Of a DNA stretch of 64,000 nt, positions 9,875-20,630 are shown piece after piece. This DNA comes from an uncultured bacterium (GTDB lineage Bacteria; Acidobacteriota; HRBIN11; JAKEFK01). Made by a program: the position numbers and the translations under genes. The notes under the pieces are model-generated. The model worked only from the letters and a program-made list of their open reading frames with translations. It had not been told where the DNA came from and made no database searches. Within the stretch, counting starts at the first letter, position 1. Every line of letters begins with the position of its first letter. The stretch is from positions 1,248,001 through 1,312,000 of the forward strand of contig CAVZQN010000004.1 in the NCBI GenBank assembly GCA_963777505.1, read 5' to 3'.

Positions 9875-10546
9875 CTAAATTCTGGATTCATGCTCTGTGA
9901 TCATTTTGGAGGACACGGCCTGAGCTAAAGGGACCGCAAGAGCCATTCCGATTATCGGTGCAATCAAATAGATCCAGGAATGCTTCAATTGTAGTGAGAC
10001 CAACGCAGGGGCAATCGATCTTGCAGGATTCATAGAAGCGCCCGAAATTGGACCTCCAAATAAAGCTTCCACAGCAACAACGGATCCAACAGCAATTCCG
10101 GCAATGATGCTCTTTTCCTTCGCACCGGTAGAAACTCTCAAAATTACGAACATGAGAATCAGGCTCAGGAGAATTTCAAGAATGAAGCTCTGGAATTCAC
10201 TGCCTGAAGGCATTGTTCTTCCTAATGTGGAATTTGCAGGGAATAAGAACCTGATGAAAACACTGGCAGTGATGGCTCCCGTTAGTTGCGCAGATATATA
10301 AGGAATAAGCTGTTTTATTGGAAATCTTCGAGCGATTGCAAACGCTACGGTTACAGCGGGATTGATGTGTGCCCCGGACACCTCCCCAATTGAATAGATC
10401 AAAGCAAGGACAATCAATCCAAAAGCCACACAAACACCAGGGTGCGTGATTGCACCTGATGTTATTTCATTTACGACGATGGCTCCTGTTCCAACAAAGA
10501 CCAGACAAAATGTTCCTACCGCTTCACAAATAATCTTTCTGATCAT
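9875..10546 (-). CDS. MIP family aquaporin (arsenite channel in ars context)
   Basis: Two NPA motifs (SGAHINPA, GASMNPARS); multiple hydrophobic helices. Confidence 0.93.
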   Translation of the reverse strand: MIRKIICEAVGTFCLVFVGTGAIVVNEITSGAITHPGVCVAFGLIVLALIYSIGEVSGAHINPAVTVAFAIARRFPIKQLIPYISAQLTGAITASVFIRFLFPANSTLGRTMPSGSEFQSFILEILLSLILMFVILRVSTGAKEKSIIAGIAVGSVVAVEALFGGPISGASMNPARSIAPALVSLQLKHSWIYLIAPIIGMALAVPLAQAVSSKMITEHESRI

Positions 10547-10962
10547 CAGGGATTCGAAGGAGTAATGGTTTCGAGTAGTTGATCAATTCTTGAAGCGAGG
10601 TCATCACGGGTTTGTCTGAAATCGTTCAAAGTTTCAGGATCCCGAACGTCCCAGTGAATCAGTCTCGCGGAAGGAAAGATGGGACATCGTTCTTTTGCAT
10701 TGTCACAAACTGTGATGACCCAATCAAAGGAATTTTTAATCACTGCTGAAACATCTTTTGAGCGTTGATCGGATATATCGATCCCAATTTCTTTCATGAC
10801 TTGAATAGCGTACGGGTTCACAGATTTTGGCTCTACGCCCGCGCTGTAGACTTCGAAAGAAGAACCTCCTTTCGTTCTTAACAACCCTTCAGCGATTTGG
10901 CTTCTTGCGGAATTTCCAGTGCATAAAAATAGGATTCGGTTTGTCTTCATTTCCGTCTCCAT
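10546..10962 (-). CDS. arsC: Arsenate reductase, LMW-PTP/thioredoxin type
   Basis: FLCTGNSARSQ P-loop; TVCDNAKERCP. Confidence 0.93.
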   Translation of the reverse strand: METEMKTNRILFLCTGNSARSQIAEGLLRTKGGSSFEVYSAGVEPKSVNPYAIQVMKEIGIDISDQRSKDVSAVIKNSFDWVITVCDNAKERCPIFPSARLIHWDVRDPETLNDFRQTRDDLASRIDQLLETITPSNP

Positions 10963-10973
10963 CTATTGTGCGG

Positions 10974-11276
10974 TTATACAGTCTTGGCAAGAGCTTGAGA
11001 AAGTCTGAAAATCTCTTCTTCATTTCGGCTATAAAACATCCATCGGCCGCGCTTCTCTGAAATCACAAGACCTGCGTTGCAAAGAATATCCATGTGGTGA
11101 GAAATGGCTGCTTGAGATAAGCCTATTTCATCTTCTATGTCACAAGCGCACAATCCTTTTTCGCTGCGTTTGATCAAATCGCAAGCGCTCTTACCCGGTT
11201 TTTTCAAAAGCTCAAGGATCTTCAATCGCGTAGAATCTCCTAAAGCCTTAAAAGCCTTCTCTAGTTCTTCTTTCAT
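10974..11276 (-). CDS. arsR: ArsR/SmtB family repressor
   Basis: FKALGDSTRL, LCACD metal-binding box, SQAAISHH HTH; start 11276 or 11288. Confidence 0.92.
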   Translation of the reverse strand: MKEELEKAFKALGDSTRLKILELLKKPGKSACDLIKRSEKGLCACDIEDEIGLSQAAISHHMDILCNAGLVISEKRGRWMFYSRNEEEIFRLSQALAKTV

Positions 11277-11448
11277 ATATCGATACATTTAAATATATCA
11301 TTTTAATAAAAATGTCACAAAAGTTGAGATAGAGGCGTGGTCGCTAGGGATCGTCATTTCCATTCTGTTGCGATCATTCGAGTTGAACAATATTGGTGGT
11401 GGAGAGGAAACAGAGTTTCAAAAAATCGCTAAATCAATGCAGTATACG

Positions 11449-13275
11449 TTAGGGATAAAATAGCGTATTAAACACTTCAAAACGTGCTCTGCCAAGTGTT
11501 TTAGCGCGATACATTGCTGTATCGGCTTCCTGCATAAGTCTTTCTGGATCGAATCCATCTTTCTTACTTAAAGCGATCCCGATGCTGGCCGTTACATAAA
11601 TCTTTTCTTCATTCAGATAAAAGGGCAACGCCAAATTTTTTAGAATTCGCTCAGCAGTCTGTGATGTCTCTCGAATGTCTTTGATGTCGCTGAGCAGGAT
11701 CGTAAATTCATCTCCGCCAACACGAGCGATAGTATCTTCAGGACGCAAACAGCTTTTCAGCCTTTGAGTCACATCAATAAGGAGCTTGTCTCCAGCATGA
11801 TGACCCAGGGTATCGTTAACGAGTTTAAAGTCATCCAAATCCAGGAAGAGGACAGCTAAAAAGCGTTCATGATGTTTTCTTCTTTCACTCGATACTTGCA
11901 TAAGCCGGTTCAAAAAGGAAATGCGGTTCGGCAAATTGGTGAGTGGATCTGATGAAGCCTGACGTGCTAACTCTTCTTCCATGATTTTTCGCATTTGAAT
12001 GTCTGTTTGAGCGCCGGTCAAGCGAAAGGTATTCCCAACTGTGTCCCGAGTTGCAACCGCACGGTTGAGCATCCAGTGATATGTCCCATCCTTTAGCAAC
12101 ATTCGATATTCACAGATGAAATGAGACGATTGACCTTGTACATGAGAATTTATCGCGTCCTGTAGATGTTCAATATCCTCTGAATGTACGCGGTCGAACC
12201 ATTCAGAGGGCATGTCGCCAATTTCTTCTTCGTTGTATCCCAGCATCCGCTTCCAAAGACGCGAGAAATGAACTTTGTCTGTTTGTAAATCCCAATCCCA
12301 TAACCCTTCATTGCTTCCTTGTATGGCAAGAGCATAGCGTTCCTCGCTTTGCCGTAGTGCTTGCTCAACTCTTTTGCTTTCGGAAACACTAGATGCAAGT
12401 GTTATGGCCATAATAGTGATAACTCCCATGTATGCTTGCAGCAATAGAAGCGATTCATTGGGTGATTTCTGTGCAAAAGGACCAAAGCCCTGCAGTGTGC
12501 CCCAAATTGCAATTCCAGAGAGCAGACAACTTGCTGTTGCTGTTTCGCGCTGGCTGAAGCGGAAGGCAGCCCAGATAAGAAATGGGATGCATAAGAATTC
12601 CAAAGGATAATTCTTCACCCCAAGTCGAAAGAATCCGGAGAATACTACAAGTCCAACCAGAATTAACGAAGAAAATAGCAATATAGTTTCTAAGGCTTTC
12701 TTGCTGTTCCACTGTACGCGCGGATTCTGACTCCAAAGCATCAACAAAGGAGTCACGATCCAGCAGCCGACTGAATCTCCCAGCCACCAGGTCAACCAGA
12801 TGGATTCATACTGGTTCCAACTAGCGTAACCGCTGAGGCAAAGAGTGCTTACACCCCATGTTGCACTAATCGTAGTGCTGAGTATTCCGGCCAAAAATGC
12901 AAACATAAAGATTTTTTGGGGGCGATCAAATATGTTAATTCTGCCTATATAGCGCTTGATCAGTAATGCACCCGCAACTCCTTCCAAAGTATTTCCGATA
13001 GCAATTCCGATCGACGTTGCGAGCGTACCAGCCGTTGTTGCGTTCACCAGGAATGCACCAACCAGAATGACCGGCCAAACACGAAAGCCAAGAAGCAGTA
13101 AAGCTGCTAGTGCTATTCCAGTTGGTGGCCACACTGGAGAGGCGCTAGGATGCACGATCGCTAGCATTAGCCCAAGTTTTCCGGCGGTGTAATAAATCAA
13201 AAGAAGTATTAGGGGTATAACAATCTTTCGAAAGGATTTTCGATCCGTTAGGTGATGTGAGTGGCTTTTAATCAT
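11449..13275 (-). CDS. MASE1-PAS-GGDEF diguanylate cyclase
   Basis: MASE1 membrane region (SPVWPPTG, WWLGD), PAS (GLWDWD), GGDEF motif with RPED I-site. Confidence 0.92.
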   Translation of the reverse strand: MIKSHSHHLTDRKSFRKIVIPLILLLIYYTAGKLGLMLAIVHPSASPVWPPTGIALAALLLLGFRVWPVILVGAFLVNATTAGTLATSIGIAIGNTLEGVAGALLIKRYIGRINIFDRPQKIFMFAFLAGILSTTISATWGVSTLCLSGYASWNQYESIWLTWWLGDSVGCWIVTPLLMLWSQNPRVQWNSKKALETILLFSSLILVGLVVFSGFFRLGVKNYPLEFLCIPFLIWAAFRFSQRETATASCLLSGIAIWGTLQGFGPFAQKSPNESLLLLQAYMGVITIMAITLASSVSESKRVEQALRQSEERYALAIQGSNEGLWDWDLQTDKVHFSRLWKRMLGYNEEEIGDMPSEWFDRVHSEDIEHLQDAINSHVQGQSSHFICEYRMLLKDGTYHWMLNRAVATRDTVGNTFRLTGAQTDIQMRKIMEEELARQASSDPLTNLPNRISFLNRLMQVSSERRKHHERFLAVLFLDLDDFKLVNDTLGHHAGDKLLIDVTQRLKSCLRPEDTIARVGGDEFTILLSDIKDIRETSQTAERILKNLALPFYLNEEKIYVTASIGIALSKKDGFDPERLMQEADTAMYRAKTLGRARFEVFNTLFYP

Positions 13276-13352
13276 CTAACGTAATAGGCAAATCATTTGA
13301 AATATTGTTGTGATTTTTTGGTAGAAGAGATTAAAAATCATCCTATGCTCCA

Positions 13353-14736
13353 ATGTCCAATATAATGATGAAGACTAGATCAAATATAGGTTCTGTAAAT
13401 GGCATGATTAAAACATTTTTCCTCCTCGCTGTTCTTCTTTTTGCTACTGCGAAGTCTCCTGCGGATTACGACGCGGAAAATACGTCGTCATCAAACGGTG
13501 TTCAGTTAGTCAAGTCTTTCGGGTTGAACAGTTACAAGCGCGTTCTTGATGGTCAATGGCAGGGAATTCGCTATGCGTCGGATGGCAACGTGTACTTTGG
13601 TAGTTCAACACATTCCGCTCATCACGGAGGATCGTTTTTTAAATACAATCCAAACTCGAATCAGATCACGCTGCTTGCGGAGGACGTTACAACTATCTGC
13701 GGTGAAGATCCCCAAACAAATCCACAAGGCAAAATTCACAGCGACATCTTAGAGGCCAACGGTTGGCTTTATATGTCTACGCATTTCGCCAGCGGTGGGC
13801 CAGGTGCTTACGATACATGGAGTGGATCGCACGTGATTGGATACGAACTGGCCACAGGAAAATTTCGTGACTATGGTGTAGTTCACAAGAATTACACTTC
13901 TTATTCCGCAATCGGTGTCGATCCCAAGCGAAATTTTATTTATGTATTTGTAACGGGACAGAAACCTGATCAAGTCTCCTATATATATCGCATCGATTCG
14001 GTAACCGGAGTAAAAACCAACCTGGGACAGGTAGGTGGTTCTTTCGATGCATTGTTTTGGATGTTCGTCGACAGCCGCGGGGACGCTTGGTTCTCGATTA
14101 GAAATCAGAATGGCAATCTACATCGAGTACGTGCGAGTACTGGAAAGATCGATTTGTATCCCGATAGTTTGCCCCCGTTATACCGATGGGACACGAACAA
14201 GGTGGCCGATGCATCCAAGCAAAAGACGCGGTTTCTTTTCATGGATACAGTCGCTTGATGGCGACCGCGCACTCTTCGCAATGGGTGAAGAGGAAGGCGG
14301 CATGCTTTACATGTTTGACTCAACCAAACCGATCGGCTCCGGCCAGGAATTTAAGAACATCAAACATATCGGTTACAGTGACCTGGGAATGGCTTTAGCA
14401 GAAAATCGCGTGTTTTATTATCAGCGTGCAAATCGTGGATTTGGCCACCAGGACGCCCGAGATTTCCATCTGATGAGCATCTCTCTGGATTCCACCAGTG
14501 ATTACCCGATCACTGATCACGGTCTACTAAAAGATCAAGATGGCAGAGTTGTATTTCGTGTGCCTGGAATGATGACCGATGGAAAGAATCGAGTCTTCAT
14601 GATTGGCGATTGGTGGACAAATCCCGGCGATCTCGGAACTCTACGATACAACTACAAGGACGGAACCGAGGTCTATGATCATCTGCCACGCGGCCAATTC
14701 TTTGCCGTTGCAAATATCACAAATAATAAAAACTAA
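13353..14736 (+). CDS. Secreted beta-propeller-like hypothetical protein (one frameshift near 14235)
   Basis: ORFs 13353..14258 and 14035..14736 are continuous in character; signal-like N-terminus; beta-rich repeats. Confidence 0.6.
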
Positions 14737-15053
14737 AAGCCCACTCAGTTTGTTTGCTGTTGGCGTAAGTTTTCTTCCATCGCCTTGTACAACTTCTTCA
14801 ACGCGGAGCAGAATTACCATCTCCCCAAATTCCATTAGGAAGATTCAGCGGCTCATCTAATTTCCCCTTACTGTACCACTCGGCTTGTTTCCGGGCAGCA
14901 TCTCCTATATATGTAGTTACATCACTGAAGTATCTGCGTTCAGCCATACGGAAATTTGGCGACAGAATTTTTTCCGCTTCTTGCTTCGAAGAGAAGTATG
15001 CAACTGGCTAGGGCAGAAAGCCTTATGAAATTTGGATATTCTAATTAACAGGA

Positions 15054-16184
15054 ATGAAAAGAGCTGTAAGCATAATCAAGCGAATAATGATCATTACAGG
15101 CGTGCTTATCCTGCTGCTGGCTGCGGGGATCTTTTTTTATATGCGTCAGCCGCAATTCGGCAAAACACCTTCTGGTGAAAGGCTTGCGAGGATTGAAAGA
15201 TCACCGCGTTATAAAAACGGCCGGTTTCACAACCTGGTGGAAAAGCCAACCCTATCAGAAGGGTATACTACAGGCGGGGAAATCTATAATACCTTTTTCA
15301 AAGAATATCCAAGACGTTCTCCAATCGATTCCCTTCCTTCAGTAAAAAATGACCTGTTAAAACTTCCCCCTGACAGCAACGTAGCGGTGTGGTTTGGCCA
15401 TTCATCTGTTTTCATCCAGGTAGATGGGAAAAGATTGCTGGTGGATCCTTCATTTAGCGGTAAAGGATCACCCTTGCCGGGTTCCGTAAAAGCCTACAAA
15501 GGCAGCAATATCTATTCGGCAGCTGATATGCCTCCTATAGATTACCTGTTCATCTCTCACGACCATTACGACCATTTGGATTATAAAACGGTTGTGGCAT
15601 TAAAGGATAAAGTAAAACATGTGGTTTGCGGTTTGGGAGTAGGCCCGCATTTTGAACACTGGGGTTATGCGCCAGAACAGATCATTGAAAAAGACTGGTA
15701 TGAAAAGATTGAAGTGGACAGCGGCTTTACGATCTACACGGAATCAAGCCATCATGAGTCAGGCAGAGGTTTTGTGAATGGCAAAACATTATGGATGTCT
15801 TATCTCATACAAGCGCCCGGTTTGAAAATTTATATCAGCGGCGATGGAGGTTACGATGGAAGATTTGCTGAAATAGGAAAGAAATTCGGCCCGGTTGATT
15901 GGGCTATCATGGACAACGGACAATATGATAGAGCCTGGCAATCTGTTCATCTCATGCCGGAAGAAGTAAGGCAGGCTACCTTGGAACTAAAAGCAAAACA
16001 TTTACTTCCAGTACATCATTCTAAATACACTTTAGGTAAACATGCCTGGGATGAACCACTGATAAAAATTACCGAACTTTCAGTGTCTCAGCCTTACCGC
16101 GTGGCAACACCCATGATAGGCGAAGTGGTGTACCTCAATAATCCTTCTCAGCCTTTTAAGGAATGGTGGAAAGGGGTTAAATAA
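15054..16184 (+). CDS. MBL-fold metallo-hydrolase (RomA/NAPE-PLD-like)
   Basis: WFGHSS, SHDHYDHLD, SGDGGY, PVHH. Confidence 0.9.
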   Translation: MKRAVSIIKRIMIITGVLILLLAAGIFFYMRQPQFGKTPSGERLARIERSPRYKNGRFHNLVEKPTLSEGYTTGGEIYNTFFKEYPRRSPIDSLPSVKNDLLKLPPDSNVAVWFGHSSVFIQVDGKRLLVDPSFSGKGSPLPGSVKAYKGSNIYSAADMPPIDYLFISHDHYDHLDYKTVVALKDKVKHVVCGLGVGPHFEHWGYAPEQIIEKDWYEKIEVDSGFTIYTESSHHESGRGFVNGKTLWMSYLIQAPGLKIYISGDGGYDGRFAEIGKKFGPVDWAIMDNGQYDRAWQSVHLMPEEVRQATLELKAKHLLPVHHSKYTLGKHAWDEPLIKITELSVSQPYRVATPMIGEVVYLNNPSQPFKEWWKGVK

Positions 16185-16241
16185 GAATTGCTGGGAATAG
16201 GCAACATCATTTCTAAGTAATCATTAATAAGGAGACTAAAC

Positions 16242-16940
16242 ATGACCAATAATGATCCAGTGTCAGTAGTGCTAGTTCACGGTGGCTTTGTAGACGGCTC
16301 CGGTTGGGAAGCAGTTTACAAAATCCTGAGAAAGGATGGCTACCCAGTTAGTGTTGTCCAGAATCCAACATTATCTTTGGCTGATGATGTTGCGGTAACA
16401 AAACGAGTGATTGCTGCGGCAAGCGGACAGAAGGTGATTCTTGTAGGCCACTCATATGGTGGTGCCGTAATTACTGAAGCAGGCAACGAATCGAAAGTAG
16501 CAGCACTTGTTTACATAGCTGCTTTCGCTTTAGACAGTGGTGAATCCGTCTCTTCACTGATTAAGGACCCTCCACCTGATGCGCCCGTTCCACCGATATT
16601 ACCTCCAGTTGACGGGTACCTGTTCTTGGACAAGGCCAAATTTGCAGCATCATTTGCCGCTGATGTTGCTCCAGAAAGAGCCGCCTTCCTGGCGGATTCA
16701 CAAGTGCCATGGGGTGTTGAAGCTCTGAGTGGAAGCATCAATGAGGCTGCCTGGAAATCGAAACCTAGTTGGTATTTGGTGTCAACAGACGACAAGATGA
16801 TTCCACCGCAAGCGCAGCGTTTGATGTCCAAGCGTGCCGGTTCAACAGTAGTTGAGGTCGCGGGTAGTCATGCGATTTATGAATCGCAGCCGCAAGCTGT
16901 GGCAAATCTGATCAAACAAGCCGCAAAATCGATAATTTAA
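16242..16940 (+). CDS. Alpha/beta hydrolase (Abhydrolase_6)
   Basis: VLVHGGF, GHSYGG nucleophile elbow, GSH catalytic His. Confidence 0.9.
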   Translation: MTNNDPVSVVLVHGGFVDGSGWEAVYKILRKDGYPVSVVQNPTLSLADDVAVTKRVIAAASGQKVILVGHSYGGAVITEAGNESKVAALVYIAAFALDSGESVSSLIKDPPPDAPVPPILPPVDGYLFLDKAKFAASFAADVAPERAAFLADSQVPWGVEALSGSINEAAWKSKPSWYLVSTDDKMIPPQAQRLMSKRAGSTVVEVAGSHAIYESQPQAVANLIKQAAKSII

Positions 16941-16970
16941 ATCTTTGTAGTGAGTGGTGTTTCGAACAAT

Positions 16971-17022
16971 ACGGAATCGCATCAGGCAATTGGGGTAACC
17001 CTCAATTGCCGATGCAATCCGT
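16971..17022. repeat. Long imperfect hairpin (terminator/REP-like)
   Basis: ACGGAATCGCATCAGGCAATTGGGG..CCCTCAATTGCCGATGCAATCCGT. Confidence 0.55.
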
Positions 17023-17089
17023 TACCGCTGCTTAACCTAAACAATATTTTTTCTTGCCTGGAAATCACGTGCAGTCCTTTGGAGAAATC

Positions 17090-17884
17090 ATGATTGAGTA
17101 CATTGGTTATCAAAATAGAATCAGATTGCTGCTTCTCGCTTTTCGAATTGTCTCAATGTTTACAATTTCGGTTTACTTTAATGAGGCAACTGCTGCCGAT
17201 AGCAAAGATCCAAAAGCTGTAAAGATTGCTGAAGAAACGATTCAAGCAATGGGTGGTATGGACAATTGGAAGAACACTTCCGCACTACGATTTGATTGGG
17301 TGATTGCTCGTGAAGGGCAAGAAGCTCGCGTGGATAAACATCTGTGGGATCGCAAAAATAATCGTGATCATGTTGAATGGAAAACTCAAGAAGGAAAGAT
17401 GAGAGTGGCCTGGGTCAATCTAACAGATCGCTCCGGTGCTGCCTGGGATGACGGAAAAAAATTAGAAGGTGAAGAATTGAAGAAAGCGATGGATTCCGCG
17501 GTCAGCCGTTGGATCAATGATACTTATTGGGTAATTGCGCCGCTTAAGCTTCTGGATTCTGGTGTTAATTTGAAATACGACGGCGAAAAAAATGGACACG
17601 ATATTTTGCATCTTTCATTCAATTCAGTTGGCGATACGCCTGGCGATCAGTTTTGGGTGCATATCAACAAACAAACACGATTGATGGATCACTGGGATTT
17701 CGAACTACAGAGCAAAAATAAAGGTAGCTTCGATTGGATCGATTGGGTACAAGTCGGCAAAATGAAATTTTCAAAAACAAAACCAAGCATCGATAAGAAG
17801 GGAACAATTAAGATTGATCCTTTGGAAGCTCTAGATTCCGCGAGCGCTGACTATTTTTCGCAAGAATTGAAAATGCTGAATTGA
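17090..17884 (+). CDS. Secreted hypothetical protein (lipoprotein-sorting/DUF6503-like fold, tentative)
   Basis: AMGGMDNW and WINDTYW..PLKLLD.GV motifs; SD GGAG. Confidence 0.6.
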   Translation: MIEYIGYQNRIRLLLLAFRIVSMFTISVYFNEATAADSKDPKAVKIAEETIQAMGGMDNWKNTSALRFDWVIAREGQEARVDKHLWDRKNNRDHVEWKTQEGKMRVAWVNLTDRSGAAWDDGKKLEGEELKKAMDSAVSRWINDTYWVIAPLKLLDSGVNLKYDGEKNGHDILHLSFNSVGDTPGDQFWVHINKQTRLMDHWDFELQSKNKGSFDWIDWVQVGKMKFSKTKPSIDKKGTIKIDPLEALDSASADYFSQELKMLN

Positions 17885-17885
17885 T
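17784..17885 (+). repeat. 102-bp direct repeat, copy 1 (3' end of gene)
   Basis: Matches 21591-21692 with one mismatch seen. Confidence 0.92.
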
Positions 17886-18006
17886 GAGCGTGCAGAGTAG
17901 CGCTGGAAATCCATTCCTTGTGTGATTTACGATCCGGCTTCATTGAACCGAACCCTGAAAAACTGCTTCCAAGTTACCTCATCGAGCGAACGTAATTTTT
18001 AGCGCT

Positions 18007-18772
18007 CTACCAAGCGGTCGCGCCGCCGTCGACCGGGTAATTGGCGCCTGTGATGTAAGACGCCCGGTCAGAAGCGATGAAGGCCGCGAGCTCCGCGAGT
18101 TCTTCGGGTTGACCGAAGCGCTTGAGAAGCGTCTTTCTGGTTATCGCGTCCCGGGAACGTCTGGTTGTCGCCGAGGTCGCGGTCGGCGGCCGGAGTCAGG
18201 AAAGGCCCGGGACTGATCGCCACCGCACGGATCCCATAGCGCGCGCCTTCAAGCGCTAATTGTCGCGTCATGGCGATGACGCCGCCTTTCGCTGTGGCAT
18301 GCGCGACCATCGGGGGGGTCTCGTGGGCGATCATGCCTGAGATGGACGCGACGTTAATGATGACACCTCCACCGCGCCGGACCAGGTGCGGCCATGCGAA
18401 CTTCGACACGAAAAAGGGAATGTCGAGTTCGCCAGTTATGGTCGCCCGCCAGTCATCGATAGAGAAATCAGGCATCGGACCGAAGTATTGGATGGCCGCG
18501 TTGTTTAAGACGACGTCGAGCCCGCCGTAGGCGGCCACGGCATCCTCAACCATCTTCCGCGCCTGTTCGGGGTCGGTGAGATCGATCGGCGCGATGCCAG
18601 TCATCTCACCGCCGGCGCGACGTATGAGCTCGACCGTCTCGTTGTTGGCATCAACCTTGATGTCGCACCCGACAACTTTTGCACCTTCTCGCGCAAAGGT
18701 CTGCGCCGCGACGCGACCGAGACCTCCTCCGGTGCCGGTGATCAGCACGACCTTCTTGTCAAGTATTCCCAT
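18007..18772 (-). CDS. SDR family oxidoreductase (frameshift near 3' end)
   Basis: [17 protein letters not shown]; C-terminus ..[18 protein letters not shown] lies in another frame, ending 18007. Confidence 0.88.
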
Positions 18773-18861
18773 AGGTTCCTCCTAGTCTCAAATGTCTCAG
18801 ATGAATTCCTTTCCATCGAGGGTCAACCGAAAAGTGGAACTATTACAACTATAATACTATC

Positions 18862-19432
18862 TTAGGTAATACGTGTCGTTCGCATGGTCTGCAGCGCCTG
18901 GCCCCACGGGACGAGATCATCGAGCATTGCATTGACAGCCGCTTCCTGCTGAGGACGGGGTTTGAATGTCGAGAAATTTTCGAAATCGTTGTACATCGAC
19001 AGGCCGACTTGGGCACGTACGTCGGCGATCTTGATTTCGCCCATGACCAGTCGCAGATTCTCCACGGCGCGGGTTCCACCGACGCCGCCGTAGCCGACAA
19101 ATCCGGCGGCTTTGTCGTTCCACTCGCTGGTAGAGAAAATCAATCGCGTTCTTGAGCGCGCCAGAAGTCGAATGGTTGTACTCCGGTGTAACGAACACGA
19201 ATGCATCGAAGCTCGCGATTTTCGCAGCCCATGCCTTCGTGTGCGGCTTTGAGTACTGGTTCATTATGGGAGGGATCGGTTCATCAAGAAGAGGCAAATC
19301 AAAGTCTGCGATGTCCACAACTTCAAACGATGCGTCGCTCCGTTTCGCGGCGATGTCGTAGACCCAGCGTGCCACGGCTTCGGCCTTGCGGCCGGGCCGA
19401 GTGCTTCCGATAATGATCGCAATTTTCAACAT
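18862..19432 (-). CDS. NADPH-dependent FMN reductase (one frameshift)
   Basis: GSTRPGR, TPEYNHS, then WNDKAAGFVGYG in a shifted frame. Confidence 0.9.
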
Positions 19433-19454
19433 AAATTTCTCCTGTACAGGTACC

Positions 19455-19871
19455 CTACTTACCGATCACGGCTAAGATATCCATTGTACGCTGGCGTCGT
19501 CCCCACGCGACTACGCTCATGACGATCAAGAGAATGATCGCCGCCAGTGGGCTGCCGCCTATGACGAGGTGCGTTATCACTGCGCCCAGCATCACCCCCA
19601 GTAGCAACAATGCGCCGAGACCGCTTAGCCGGGGGACCAGGAGCAGGAGTGCGCCCAGAACTTCCAGTGTCCCGGTCACGTAGCGAAACCACTGACCAAA
19701 CCCAATCGTTTCAAATAAGCCGACCATTTGTGGATCGCCGGAAAGCTTGCCGAAGCCAGCCATCAGAAACATTCCGGCTGCGCCGATCTGTAAAATCCAC
19801 AACGCAACATTAATAATTTTACCGGTCGAATGCGAACCCAACCTACTGTCTTCCGTTATTATTTGTGACAT
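19455..19871 (-). CDS. DoxX family membrane protein
   Basis: AGFGKL, WFRYVTGTLE, GAVITH. Confidence 0.88.
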   Translation of the reverse strand: MSQIITEDSRLGSHSTGKIINVALWILQIGAAGMFLMAGFGKLSGDPQMVGLFETIGFGQWFRYVTGTLEVLGALLLLVPRLSGLGALLLLGVMLGAVITHLVIGGSPLAAIILLIVMSVVAWGRRQRTMDILAVIGK

Positions 19872-20076
19872 GCGAATCTCCAGTTAACTCACTTCGCTTT
19901 TTTCGGGTCTTTCCTGATGAACCATTCGAAGATGTTTCAGTTCCTCCTTCACGATCTTTTTCTTGATCAACAATCAATTCGGCTTTATACCAGTCATCTT
20001 CTGACCTCGCTTCCAGACGTCCTCGTTCTTCCCAGAAGCGATACGCTAATTCTGCGATCTTCTGCTCTTTCGTCAT
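19843..20076 (-). CDS. DUF2934 domain small protein
   Basis: IAELAYRFWEERGR...DDWYKAE; SD GGAGG. Confidence 0.8.
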   Translation of the reverse strand: MTKEQKIAELAYRFWEERGRLEARSEDDWYKAELIVDQEKDREGGTETSSNGSSGKTRKKRSELTGDSHVTNNNGRQ

Positions 20077-20253
20077 GTTTCATATTCCTCCTTTCCTAAT
20101 GTTCCATTCGCAAAAAATAAATATCGATACTCTTCGGGTATTCGTATTGAACTTTTTCGCTATTTATTGATGAAAACCGCGGGTTGTAATAAGAACGCGG
20201 ATTATTTTCAATAAACCGCAGAAAAATCCAATACATATGAAACGAAACACCCC

Positions 20254-20550
20254 GTGCGTCGGCGCGCGGCCATCGATGAGATCTTCACCGAAGATTGCGA
20301 GTTCTACGAGCCCCGGGGCACCCACCGTGGCCATGACGAGATCGATCGCGTCGCGGGCGCGATCAAGGCTACTCACCCTGACTTTCGCTATCAGCCAATT
20401 GCCGAGCCCGAGGAATTGGGCAATGGCGGGCGGATCCAATGGGTATCAGGTCGCCCTGGTGAGGCGCTAGCTTACGCAGGGACTGATTTCATCATTGCCC
20501 GAGACGGCCGGATTGTCGCCGTTTACCTCTTTTTCGACAAGCTACCCTGA
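20254..20550 (+). pseudogene. SnoaL/NTF2-like protein, 5' end truncated or frameshifted
   Basis: RRRAAIDEIFTEDC...GTDFIIARDGRI..VYLFFD; the usual N-terminal segment is missing. Confidence 0.7.
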
Positions 20551-20630
20551 GCCGGACATTCCTGAAGTATTAAGTCGCTCGCCGTTTGCCATTCTTGATT
20601 TGCGTGCTTCTCGTGTTATAAGAAAATGAC

